A stretch of 64,000 bases of DNA from Paraspadella gotoi (Eukaryota > Animalia > Chaetognatha): assembly GCA_051294375.1 (NCBI GenBank), contig CM119268.1, forward strand, positions 9,126,718 through 9,190,717, written 5' to 3'. Both the position numbers and the translations under genes were made by a program. Below are positions 39,054-62,275 of the stretch, piece by piece; positions within the stretch are counted from its first letter, which is position 1, and each line of letters starts with the position of its first letter. Below the pieces are notes generated by a model. The model had not been told where the DNA came from and did no database searches. It saw only the letters and a program-made list of their open reading frames with translations.

Positions 39054-41579
39054 GATGGAATCCAAATTTAAGGCTTTATGATCTCGATCTCTTAATTTTT
39101 TTAAATTTAAATTTGAATTGAATTTAATTCGAAATTTGAGCTGAATGCAGAATGAAGAATAAGAATGAAGAATTAAATCGCGAGATCGGAATTACGAAAC
39201 TGAAGATCATCGCCGTTTTGTGACCTTGATAGTTATCCTTGAAACTCACCCTATTGAAAAGAGAAACGGGTTTTAAATTTCGGGGGCCGTTTATATCAAG
39301 TAGGGAGTTTTACTTTACAGTCAAATAAAGTTATCAAAAGCATTGCTTAATGTTTATAATTATTTTTTTAAATAATTATTTGATAGATATAGAGTTTGAA
39401 CATATATTTTTAAAAATATACAAAAAAATAATAACTTAAATGAATATATTTAAAAATGCATACGATTTAAAATATAATAACTTCGTAATAATGTTTTATG
39501 AATTTTTATAAGTTGTGTTAAATTTTTATTTGTTACGAGATAGTCTCTCGGTTGTTTGATGCCCTTTTTATTATTGAATTCGTATTTTTGTTGCTTACGA
39601 AGTATCTGATTGATCAAGTATTTTAAAAGTCGCTCTCTGATAGGTTAGTCCTTATGATTGTACCTTAACCAAAGATATAAAAGAGATGTGCTTACCTAAA
39701 ACTAAGAGGATAAGTTACCAATGATTCGTGACAGTCGGTAAGCATTTAAAATATATTTTGTAATTTTATGGTTAAGCTTAAAGTTGACTATTTTCAATAA
39801 GTTCTTTTTTTTTGTATCTTTAGAAATAGTCTCCCTTCGACTTGCTTTATGTCTCCCTTCGACTTGCTTCACGTCTCACGCTCATGTTATGTCTACTACA
39901 ATAAATATTACTAAATTTACATTCTTCGAATCTCTATAAATAAATAGCAAGTCAGAAAACACTAGCTCGCTCACGGCGTTACGGTAAAATCCTCAATAAG
40001 TTGCGAAAAATCGGAGTTTAGCTTTTCCACAGCGCCCTAGTTTAAATTCCTGTTCAAAGCTTTTGCTTTTTTCTGAAATAAAAAAGACTCAATTTGAATG
40101 TAAGACATAAGAAGTATTAAACGATGAGTATTGAGCAAGAAAATTGCACTTATGGCACTAAAAATAAAATTCAAACAATTAAGGACATTGCAAATTGGAA
40201 AAGTATTAAATATATCAATGAAAATCATGAGTGAATATTATCATTACACTAGGCCATTTGCCATTTTTTTTTTTAGTCATAGACAGAAACTTGGCAAATG
40301 AAAAAAAAAAGTAAATACTATCATTATGGTACTAACATTTATACTAGGCCATTGCCTCTTTTTTTTTAAGTCATAGACAGAAACTTGTCATTTTTTTTTT
40401 TAACTGATCATAAATAGAAAGGCATAAATACCAGATTAAAATTATTGGAATTACCCTTATTCCTAATTATTATTATTCTTATCGTTAATGATACTATTAT
40501 TATTTTATCATTATTACTATTATTATTTTTACATTATTATTATTATTATTATTACTATGATTGGAATTACTATTATGGAATTACCCTCATTCCTAATTAT
40601 TATTGTTCTTATCATTAATTACCCTCATTCCTAATTATTATTGTTCTTATCATTATGATACTATTATTATTTTTATCATTATTACTATTATTATTTTATC
40701 AATATTATTACTATGATTATTATTATAAAACTTAATATTATTATTAATATTATTGTTATTACTATTATTATTACAATATAATATATATATATACATACAT
40801 ATATATATATATATCATCTAATATTATTGTTATTACTATTATTATTACAATAGTACTATAATTACTAATGTCACAATTTTTATTATTATTACTAAGTTTA
40901 TGAATTTTTAAACCTTAATTCTTAATCCTTTATGAATTTTTTAAATCTTAAACCTTAATCCTCACTTTACAATACCCAATACTCAATACATACCAAATTA
41001 CTAGAATAAATTCCAATAACTAACCCTTGCCCTTTTTACTAAATTACCCCAATTTACCCGCCCCTCTTCATTCATCTTACCCAGAATCCTCCAACCAAAA
41101 CTCCTGTTCAAAGCTAGATTGTAAACTTGTGACTGGCTTGAAAAAGATGACTCAAGTTTGTTGTGATTATAGCATGAATATTAACCAATAACCATCCAAC
41201 AAGCGAACCTCATTTTACTTCACAGAATTTTTTTGAGATAACAGATTTTCTGCTGTAAAAAGCTTCTTATAAAGAAGTCTGGAAGTCTGGAAGTCTATAA
41301 ATTGAAAATTTAAAATAAATTGAAAACCATCAAAATAAAATAAATTTATTACAGTCTTTGCTTGGCATTATTTTGTAATAAAGATTGACGATACATACAT
41401 ATAAGGCATTTATAATACGCAACTCGGAAGTAACTGCATATGAAAACTCAAAATAAAATCACAATTTCTTTCAGTTTGAAACAAACATCTTACGTCAGAA
41501 AAATCGCACATAGTATAAATTTCAAAATGTATGTATGGCATGACATGTATTGTGGCCAGAAATCTTGTCCGGATCCGCT

Positions 41580-43028
41580 TCAATGTCTTATCGAGAACCA
41601 TATCTTGTCCTTGAACTCATCGGGAGTCATTGATTGTACCTCCGTAATGATCAACGTCAACCTGGATCGAGGAAGAAAAAGAATTTTTTTTAACTCACCC
41701 TTTTTTTCGGGAGAGCTACTAGAGGCGTTGTTTTCTCCAATTTCAATTTATAATTGTACCATATTCATTTCGTCATCGTCTTCATGTATTTTTCTCTTTT
41801 ATCTGATATTTCTTTCTTTTCTTTTTTCTTTTCTTTCTTTTTTCTCTTTTTTTCTTTCTTTTTTTCCCTTTCGATTCCGTCGTTTCTTTCTTTTCCAAAT
41901 TTCATTCTATTTTTTATTTTCTTTCTTTCTTTTCTTTTTTTTAAGTCTTTTTTTTTGGCGTTATTTCTATCTTTTCTTTTTTTTATTTTTTTTTCCTTTT
42001 CTTTCTTTCTTTTTTCCTTTTTTGTCTTTTCCTTTCTTTTTCTCACTCTGTTTGACTGACCCGTTCTCGGTTTCCTCGCAGGCCGCGGGGAGGAGGTCCG
42101 TCACGTAGTTTTGGACGTAAAGATCGAAATCTCTCAAAAGGTTGGAGAGAAGGGATCCGAATTTGGTCAGCGTCATCTTGGAAGTCTCGCGACGAGACCT
42201 GGCCCTCAATTCGAGCTCCGGGTGCAACGGGTCTGTGGAATAGCGACAACAGGATCCTTTATATATTTTCGTTATTATTATAATAATTATTGTTATCATC
42301 GTTATTACATTCTTTTTTCTATAATTTTTTTTTAATTAAAATTTTAAAAATACCATTTTTGTTTTAGCCAAGGAACTTTAGCGATTCTTTTTTTTTTTTT
42401 TAATTTAATCATTTTTCTATAATACATGTTGCAACCCTTATTCGCAACTCACTGTATTTGAGAAGGACCTTGCCGCAATGGTCTTCCGCCTGCTTCTTGA
42501 CGAGTTGCATGGAATCTAGCGTGAGCTTGTGAATCGCTTTGGCTGGAATGGCCTCGAAGAATTCCATGGTAATCGGGTAGAAGGCCTCCAAGTCCTGCGC
42601 GAATTGTTTGAGCCACTGCTTGCCAAACTCTTCGAAGTTCTTGCCAATGGCCATGAAGCCGGTCTCCAGAGCCTCGTAGGAGCGACCCACCTTTTTGGCC
42701 AACTCGTCTGAGAGAAGAATGATTAAGATTAAGATTATTGTAAAAGAATTGTTCACTTTTATTTGCGACTGAATATATATGCGTAATAAACGTTTCGTTC
42801 CTCTCCAGTTCGTTTTACAATCAAGCAATCCTCTAGGACTCTTTTCATATTAAGTGAGTTCGACGATATTCAATTAATTTCTCAGAATGTCACCGGTCAA
42901 TGGTCAATGACGGGCTACTCACCTTGTCTGACCACAGCAGCGTTAAAAACCGTCGGCGAGGCCGAGGCTTGCAGAGTGAGGAATCCCACGAAGACGAGAG
43001 CGCCCAAGAAATTCCTTTTCGACGCCAT
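41580..43028 (-). CDS. Secreted 204-aa predominantly helical protein of unknown family (4 exons)
   Basis: Exons 42923-43028, 42453-42707, 42061-42232 and 41580-41661 join with GT-AG and phases 1,1,2 into 615 nt: MASKRNFLGALVFVGFLTLQASA/SPTVFNAAVVRQDELAKKVGRSYEALETGFMAIGKNFEEFGKQWLKQFAQDLEAFYPITMEFFEAIPAKAIHKLTLDSMQLVKKQAEDHCGKVLLKYNPLHPELELRARSRRETSKMTLTKFGSLLSNLLRDFDLYVQNYVTDLLPAACEETENGLTLIITEVQSMTPDEFKDKIWFSIRH*. Classic signal peptide with A-S-A cleavage site. Confidence 0.85.
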
Positions 43029-43619
43029 TTTAATTTTAACGATTCGTTACCCTTTTGTTTCTCTTGAAAAGAAATCTCGTCTTTGGGTTTTTTCGTTTTT
43101 GTTTATTTTTAAGAAACTTTTTTTCCTTTTATATTTTTTAACGAAGAGTGAATGGATTTTTTTGACTTTCACGTTTGGTTAGAAAAGGCGATGACCCGCC
43201 TTTTTAAACTCTTTTCCCAAACAGGATGCTCTTGAAGTCAACATTTCGGAAGTTAAATTTTTAATTTAATTATTAAAAATAGAGCTTTAGTTCGGTATAT
43301 TGTATTTAAATAATTATTAATCCTACCTGATAGGAGAATTCATTTCGATATTTGTATTACTTAATATCATTTTCTTTAAAAATTTAATTAGGATATTGTT
43401 TATAAAAATGTATTAATTTGATATAATACAATAATACATTTTGATATTCATATTATTAAATTTCTTTTTCTTTAAAATACTTTAATACTTTAATACTTTT
43501 CTTTAATACTTTAAAATACTTTAAAATATTTTAAAATACTTTCTTTAAAATCCTTCGTTTTCTTTCTTTTTCCGATCAGTCCGAAAGTGTGATAAATCTT
43601 CATGAAAGTTGGAACGAGC

Positions 43620-43656
<37 letters not shown>

Positions 43657-43714
43657 AATTGGTTTAACCGACGGGGATGTTTAATTTCCTGATTTCGTCG
43701 TCTTGAGTAATAGT

Positions 43715-44138
43715 TTTTTTAGTTGCGCCGCGAGTAATTGCGGAGCAACTCTATAAGTCTCTTTTCGGTCGGTCTATCGGTGGGTCGGTGGGTCGGTGGG
43801 TCGGTCGGTATATCTGTATCTGTATATCTTACTTACGTTAAAAATGCTCATAATTCGTCTATAGTGAGTTGCTCATTTGTTAAGACAGAAAAAACCTCAA
43901 ATCTAAGAGACTGCTTGCGATGCCTTCAGGAAATCCTAAAACTATAAAGAATAAAAGATGTAATTCCGATGCATTGCGTGTCATAAATACACAGGCTAAG
44001 AAAGTTATTGTAGTCATGTAGTCATGTCATGTCGCGTCATGTCATATCATGTCACGTCATGTCATGTCGTGAAATCGAGAAATACATATGTAACTAAATT
44101 CACTGCGGTGCAACACATTGGATGAACGGATCTTGTTA
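43715..44138 (+). mobile_element. DINE-1/HINE-like element (same family as 16871-17135)
   Basis: TTTTTAGTTGC...GAGCAACTCTATAAGTC, (GTCGGTGG)n tract, shared GTTGCTCATTTGTTAA core, internal (CATGT)n, ending GATCTTGTT. Confidence 0.55.
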
Positions 44139-45534
44139 ATGAAAATAACGGTTTTGTATTTTTACTTGAGGCAAAAGGGGTCCTGTGAGCTATCAGGATA
44201 TTTTTAGTAATTTCCTCATTTCTCAAAAATTCGTCATCCGCTTTTTTTTTCGCTCACATATTTTGTTCTTTTGTTCCAGAAGTATTTTTCTACAATTTAT
44301 GAAACCTACTGGCTCCAAGTGATTCGAACTCATAATATCTATTAATATTTTTGTTTTAATCATACTTCTCAATAGCTCTGCTTTCGGTCATTTTCTCGAT
44401 CGCATTCAGTTCGTTCGAATGTCACAAACTTGTACGTATTTACTATAAACGCTCAGTTGGCTGAAGACTCCTCTCCCTAACTATTAAGGCGGAACAGGTC
44501 CCAAACTAACAGATATCCGGTATAAATATTTAATGTGTTTATTAAAGATCGTGAAAATATAAAATATGCGAGATTTATCTTATAGTTAAACGCATGGATG
44601 CTATTTTATATTATCCAAATGCTTTGAAATTGATACAACCAATATAACGTTAAAAAATTTTTTTTGGTAAATTTTAATTTTTTTTATCGAGTTCTGATAG
44701 AGCTTGAAAAGTTAGATGAAGGTTATTATTACAAATTTTTGAAATTTTAATGATTTGTCTATAAAAATTAACAAAAATTATCAAATTTATTGAATGATGA
44801 CGATGATAATGATTTTTTAATGTTTTTTTAAATTTAAACCCATATATCATTAAAATGTTTCAAATTTGTAATACTAACCTATATCTAACTTTTTTTAATC
44901 TTTATCAGAATCCACTTTTAAAAATTTAAATTTCCCAAAAAATATTTTAAGCATTTCTGATATATTGTTAAATATTCAAGTTCTTCCATGCGTGAGGAAA
45001 ATGAATTTTATTGCAGACTATTTCATATTGTAAAAAAATGTTAAATTCTGGGAGCCAAGTTAAGGGGGGGAGTTTCCAGTTACGGGAATGGGATTGAACC
45101 AGGCGGTACCTTGTGGTCATAAGCCGGTCTCGAGATTCATAAACCGAAGTTTCCACGCAATCGAGCGGCCAGGTTACGTCTGAGAAATTAACGCCTACAG
45201 TATAGATGGGAAGAACCTGAGCATTTCGTATTTATTGAAAAAATTAAATAAACAATAAAATTTTAAAAAACGGACGACGTGAACGACGTGGATTGACTTC
45301 CTCGATCATCAAATCCTCTTCTTCCTCGTTTATATTTTCTCGACCTTCGAATCCGCGAACCAAACCTCCCCCCCCCCACCCCAAGTAAAACATTTTCCGT
45401 GGAAAAAAAAAAGTTGTTTCCCCGCTGCGCGTTTCACTTTTAAACCGAACGACCCTCGGAAAAAAAAATAGGAAGGAACCGAAAAAAAAATATGTTTTTG
45501 AGTCGAGGCGGAGAAAATGGGGGATGAGAGGGCG

Positions 45535-45735
45535 AGATGGGGGAGTAAAGGAATACGAAGTGATGATGGATGCTCAGTTTATGGGGAGATGAGATGAGAT
45601 GAGATGAGATGAGGATGGGGAGTAAAGGAAACGAGTGATGATGGATGCTCAGTTTATGGGGGATGAGATGAGATGAGATGAGATGAGATGGGGGAGTAAA
45701 GGAAAACGAAGAGATGATGGATGCTCAGTTTATGG
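45535..45735. repeat. Three-copy ~75-bp tandem repeat with (GAGAT)n subrepeat
   Basis: GGGGAGTAAAGGAA..CGA(A)GTGATGATGGATGCTCAGTTTATGG repeated 3 times. Confidence 0.8.
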
Positions 45736-46635
45736 AAGCGCCCTTTATCAATAATGCCTAAATTTAATTCCGTACCATAATATTCTTCAATCGTTAATGT
45801 AATCTAATCTAATATATATAAAAATCATATATAACTTTGGTCCCCCCCCTCAAAAAATTATCCCCTTTCTGTTCAGACTCTTCGATATTATAATTTTTCA
45901 TTAATGACTTTCTAACAGAAATGATGTGTGATATCTATTAGAAAACTAGGACAGATTTGTGTTGTATAGATGCTCCCTCTATTTCCAGAAGACAACACAG
46001 GTAAAAAAATTTTAAGAAAAAAAAGAAATATATATTTGATTAAATAATATAGATTAAATACTAAATCCTTCATAAAATATAAAAATAGAAAGTAGTGAAA
46101 CAAGTAATTTTCAAATTTTCATAACTTCTAAGCTCTAATCGATAATCCTAATCACACACCTAATCCCCTACCTTAACCCTTAACTTTAATCCCCAACATA
46201 TTCTTAACCTTAACTTATATTATATTAAGTTATATTAAGTTAAATTATATTAAGTCATAACTTAATCTGAAGCAGCGTACTGGGCATGGGGGGGTGAAAG
46301 GAGAATGTTCGGAGGAGTGAGATCGGCGATGAGAGAAGCAAAGCGTGAGTGAGTGTAACCTTTATAATTTTTTTTCCCTTCGCGTCAAACCGTCTGGAAA
46401 ATGTCTTCTGGAAAAAAAAAGACCGGTTGAGAATTTAACTATTGAAAAAAAAAAGTAAAAAAAACTCGCGGGTTTTGTTTTTCTTCCCAAAATTTTATTA
46501 CAGAGAGAAAGTTAATGCACTGTACAGTGGACGATAATACGTAATTTCTCAGATTTGAGCCTGTCAGAGACCGATGATTAATTTATTTTCGTTTCTACTC
46601 TTTCGATCCCAATTATCAACTGACCTATTGAAATC

Positions 46636-57003
<10,368 letters not shown>

Positions 57004-57468
57004 GGCGCTCTCGGTTGAATAAAAGAAAGAAAAAAAAAGGGGGGGGGGAAAGAGAGAAGAGAATCGAATAGAATATTAATTACCGTGTTATCTCCCTCCT
57101 TCTGTACTTTTTGATGGAGTCTCCCTCGTCTGATTAACTTACTTTTTTTTCCTTTCTTTTTTTTCGCTTCTATTTTGGATCCAACGTAACAGGTAAATCA
57201 AGAGTACGAATGGAATGAATGAAATGTATTATTTATCAATGTGTATTATTATCATATGGATTATGTATAATATCAATCGCTTCCTAAATAATATTTTTGG
57301 GCGTTGTTACATTGTGGTAGATTGTTCTTACGTACGGAGGTGTGAATGATCAATGACTCATTACAATATATTTAATCCCCATGAAAAAGGAGAGGGATAT
57401 ACGATTTATGAGGAGAAAAAGAAAAATGATAAATGGAGAGAAAATAATAAAGAAAGAGAGAAGAAGAA

Positions 57469-57556
<88 letters not shown>

Positions 57557-57710
57557 GCTCATTACTAAATCTTCCAGACTAAATTCGTCTTTGCCTTTTT
57601 TTTCGTTTAATCTCATCACATTTAATTCCGTCTCTCTCTCTTCCACTAAACAATAAAAATCTGAAATTCAAAATCCCTTTTTTTTTATCGGGATTTAGTG
57701 TGAGAAGTAG

Positions 57711-57815
<105 letters not shown>

Positions 57816-58539
57816 GAGCGAGAGAGCAGACCCCCATTTGAACGTTATCTTGCTTGAAAAAAAAAATAATCAAATTAAAATGTAAATTGCATTTTATCTC
57901 TCGCGCCGATCTCGCGATCCTCTTAACCGAATCCAGTTTTTTTTTCTTCAGTATTTATTATCGGCTATATATTTAATTGGCGAGTGGAAAGAGAGAAAGT
58001 AATTAAAAGAGAGAGAATGCTTACCTCTCGTTGACAAACACGATTTTTCTTGTTTCAAACGAACGGTTACTTTTTTTTTACAGATACAAAGAATAGCAGG
58101 TTTTTTTTTTTTTTTTTGTTTTTTTTTGCTAGTTCAGTTTTCTCCAAAAGTCGATTTCAACATTTGCTCCAATCGAATCGAATCGATCTTCCGATTCCCT
58201 TTTGTTTACTTTTGAACAATCCTTTGTACATTTGCCTTTTTCTTTTTCCAGCTCAGAATTTTCAGTCACTCACTGTGCGATTCATGCAAGACTTTTTAAC
58301 TTCATATAAAAATTAAATAAGACAAATCGTGAAATTAACTTAATATCAGTTGTACCTATTTTTTCTTCTTGCGAAACGCAATATCTTCTATTTTCCTAAA
58401 TCCTGTTTACTTTTCAAAACGATTTTTTTATCGCGAATTTCCTTTCTATTTTTGGGACGAGAGTTGAATTTCGACGAAAAAGCAAACAACTTCTAGGGAA
58501 GGACTCCTTTTTGGTTGATTTAGTTGATTGTCATGATCT

Positions 58540-58880
58540 TTTTGCGAATCGGTAGAGGATTTGCGTGATACTTCCGCAAATGGGTTTAGGATTTATGTAT
58601 TCCTATATATGTAATCCTCTTGCGAATAGTTTTAGGATTTTGGTGATGATTTCTTGAATGGGTTTAGTATTCTTGCGATACTGCCACAAATAGGTTTAGG
58701 ATTTGTGTTAGTGTTTTGCGAAATGGATTAGGATTTGAATGATATTTTCGCGAATGGGTTCAGGATTTGCATAAGGCAAATGGTTTTAGGATTTTTATGA
58801 TCCGTTTGCGTTATCATTTTACTGATGGGTTTAGGATTCGCGTGATCCTTTCGACAATGAATTCAGGATCTTCCTGATTG
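58540..58880. repeat. Degenerate ~30-bp minisatellite (GCGAATGGGTTTAGGATTTGCGTGAT-like)
   Basis: Roughly ten imperfect copies with a GGTTTAGGATT core. Confidence 0.7.
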
Positions 58881-59620
58881 TTTTTTTTTAAATGGACAAT
58901 AGCCTCGCAAGTCTATTCTTGAAATAGACGACGTTATGGCAACAGCCGGGTTGCCTGTGATGCCCATTGGGACGGGGCATCTCACTGTTGTCTTTGGGGG
59001 CTTCCGACCCTCTGTGACGCCTCCAGTCACTGGCGCGGTTACCCTAGGAGGGTCTCGCTTTGTTAACGCAGAGGGAAGTCGTTAGGAATGTGCATGGAAC
59101 ACTACGCCTGGGATGGTGTGTTCCCCCTATGAGCCAATGGATTTGTCTGGAGGATGGTGGACGTGAGGCGGCGTGAATATACCCCCACCATGTCCTCGCG
59201 AGTCGATTCTCAAAAATTGACACAAAAATCACGTATTGAACCATCGTTGGGAATGGAATCAGAAGCTCATTGTATATCAGATCTAACTCTACGGTAAAAG
59301 ATGGAGCTGATGGTAGTTTCCGGGTCTGGCATGATGCTAGGGTTTACAATTTCTGATATTAATTTCATCTCTTGCTTTCTTAAATCCATATCATTATCCC
59401 TACTTCTTTATTTCTTATTTTTCCCCTTTCCTCATACTCTACGTACCATTTTTATTCTCTCACGTTTTTGTTATATTGACCAGGAGAGAGGTCTGAATTT
59501 TCTTATCTCGCCCACCGCTCACATCACTTCTCGTCCGGTGCGCTTTTGGTTTATGTTCTTTATAAGAAAACAACAAATTTGGGGACAGATAGAGAGAGGG
59601 TTTGAGAAAGAGAGAAAGCA

Positions 59621-59699
<79 letters not shown>

Positions 59700-59891
59700 A
59701 ATTTCTGTCTTCCATGACAACAAAGTGTTCAGGCGCAAGATGTCAGCAAAAGGTTAAGCCTTCAATGGAGAGCAGAAGCACAAGGCTGCTCCCAGGGCAA
59801 CGTTACTTGTTTCAATGGAGGAGTTTTTTTTCTCCCTCAGAGTTGAAGAAATTGAATGAAGTCACCTTTTCGATAGCCGACCGAAGATTGT

Positions 59892-59932
<41 letters not shown>

Positions 59933-60009
59933 AGGTCTCGTCTCTCTCCTCATCTCTCTTTCTCGTCTTTCCTCTCGATCCCTCGCTCCTCTCCCCTCTC
60001 TCATCTTCT

Positions 60010-60041
<32 letters not shown>

Positions 60042-60104
60042 CTTTCTCTCTCTCATCTTCTCTTCTCTCTCTCTCGTTCTCTTGTCTCTCTTTCTCTGCG
60101 TCTC

Positions 60105-60139
<35 letters not shown>

Positions 60140-61029
60140 AAATCGAAATGTTCTCATTTTTTTCTTGTTCTAGCCGTTGAGTTTATCTCTGCCAATGAGC
60201 TTAAGTGGTCCTGAAGTAATTAACTTTCGCCGCGTCGCGAGAGAGCGTTGTCGGCGCGTCGGCTGGCCGTAGCAGAGACGTGACGACGTAGTATTCGCTA
60301 AAGCAACTCTATAGAAGACACTTTGGTTTCGGTCTGTCCGTCCGTCGGTCAATCTCGCTCACGTTTTAAACGTGAATAACTCGCTCAATATCGAATTAAT
60401 TTGATTATTACTTGGTTAATAGGTGTCGTTCCATGTACTATGTTTCATACGTACTTTCGTCGTCCCGTGATCACTTCGGGATGCGATCACGTGAAAAAAA
60501 TAGATGCTTCACTGTTTCTCGTTTCTTTGACACAAAAACGTCGATTGATTTTCTCACAAAGTATTGAAGCATCACAGAACACTCACGACAATTCCATTCC
60601 TCCCCCTCAATCTGATAATTAAGTTGGCACCGTATTGCATCGCCGGCGCCGCATCGTATCGCCGGCGCCGTTTTGCATCGCCGGCGCTGGCGACGCCTCC
60701 ATATATCCGAAATCAGTGGATCCATTGAGATTGTCTCTGGCGTTGTACGTAGATTGTCAACCGCTCTCAGAGTGGAAACTAATTAATGTAAGTTTTTTTC
60801 GCTCGAGAGATTAAAGAGACGATTGTACTGGCGAGGTCACGATTGCTGTGATCTTTCAATCGCCTTTTTGACTAATGACTATTAATGACTTTTCTTCAAT
60901 TTACCTTTAAGAAATTAACGTCAATTTCTTATGGAACTAAAGAGCAAAAGAGCAAAAGAGCAAAAGAGCAAAAGAGTAAAAAGGCTTTTAGGTGAGAGAA
61001 AAAAAGGAGCAAAGAAATTGTGCGATCTA

Positions 61030-62275
61030 AAAAGAAGGGGGAGAGCTCAGGAGCTTTTAACTTTAAATGAGAAAAGGAGCGACGCGATGGAGCGGGAAAA
61101 GGGGGAGAGCTCAGGAGCTTTTAACTTTAAATAAGGAAAGGAGTGATGCAATTGAGTGGAAGAAGAGGGAGAGCTCAGGAGCTTTTAACTTTAAATAAGG
61201 GAAGGAGCGACGCGATGGAGCGAAAGAAGAAGGAGAGCTCAGAAGATTTTAACTTTAAATGAGGAAAGGAGCGACGCGATGGAGCGGAAGAAGAGGGAGA
61301 GCTCAGGAGCTTTTAATTTTAAATAAGGAAAGGAGTGATGCAATTGAGCAGAAGAAGAGGGAGAGCTCAGGAGCTTTTAACTTTAAATAAGGGAAGGAGC
61401 GACGCGATGAAGCGAAAGAAGAAGGAGAGCTCAGGAGATTTTAACTTTAAATGGGGAAAGGAGCGACGCGATGGAGCGGAAGAAGAGGGAGAGCTCAGGA
61501 GCTTTTAAACTTTAAAATAAGGAAAGGAGTGATGGCAATTGAGTGAAGAAGATGGAGAGCTCAGGAGCTTTTAACTTTAAATAAGGGAAGGAGCGACGCG
61601 ATGGAGCGAAAAAGAAGGAGAGCTCAGAAGATTTTAACTTTAAATGAGGAAAGGAGCGACGCGATGGAGCGGAAGAAGAGGGAGAGCTCAGGAGCTTTTA
61701 ACTTTAAATAAGGGAAGGAGTGATCAATTGAGCGGAAGAAGAGGGAAGCTCAGCTTTTCAGGAAAGGGCTTTTTAACTTTAAATAAGGGAAGGAGCGACG
61801 CGCATGAAGCGAAAGAAGAAGGAGAGCTCAGAAGATTTTAACTTTAAATGGGAAGGAGGCGCGATGGAGCGGAAGAAGAGGGAGAGCTCAGGAGCTTTTA
61901 ATTTTAATAGGGAAAGAGTGATGCAATGGCGAAGAAGAGGGAGAGCTCAGGAGCTTTAACTTTAAATAAGGGAAGGAGCGACGCATGAAGCGAAAGAAGA
62001 AGGAGAGCTCAGGAGAATTTTTAACTTTAAATGGGGAAAGGAGCGACGCGATGGAGCGGAAGAAGAGGGAGGCCAGCTTCACAGGAGACTTTTAAACTTT
62101 TAAATAAGGGAAGGAGCGACGCTGATGAGCGAAAGAAGAAGGCAAGAGCTTCATGGAAGATTTTAAAAACTTTAATATGGGAGAAAAGGGAGCGACCGAT
62201 GGAGGCGGGAAGGAAGAGGGAGAGCTCGGGAGCTTTTAACGTTTTAAATAGGAAGATGGAGCGACGCGATGGAAG
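61030..62275. repeat. 64-bp tandem satellite (~19 units) with 192-bp higher-order repeat
   Basis: The GAGCTCAG anchor starts at 61043, 61107, 61171, 61235 and 61299 (period 64). Three monomer variants cycle A-B-C. Confidence 0.9.

Noticed and set aside
41699-41718. Micro-exon in the secreted-protein gene (AG...G/GTGAGT)
   Set aside because: It would leave a 37-nt intron and put the last exon out of frame; exons 3 and 4 join correctly without it.
41440-42108. 222-aa plus-strand ORF
   Set aside because: Antisense to the real gene and dominated by a T-rich intron (poly-Phe).
58940-59340. Possible retroelement UTR or ncRNA (balanced-composition island)
   Set aside because: No ORF, terminal repeat, second copy or recognisable motif in the window to support a call.
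61030-62275. CRISPR-like array (regular repeats with palindromic GAGCTC core)
   Set aside because: The intervening sequences are variants of each other rather than unique spacers; no cas genes; eukaryotic context.
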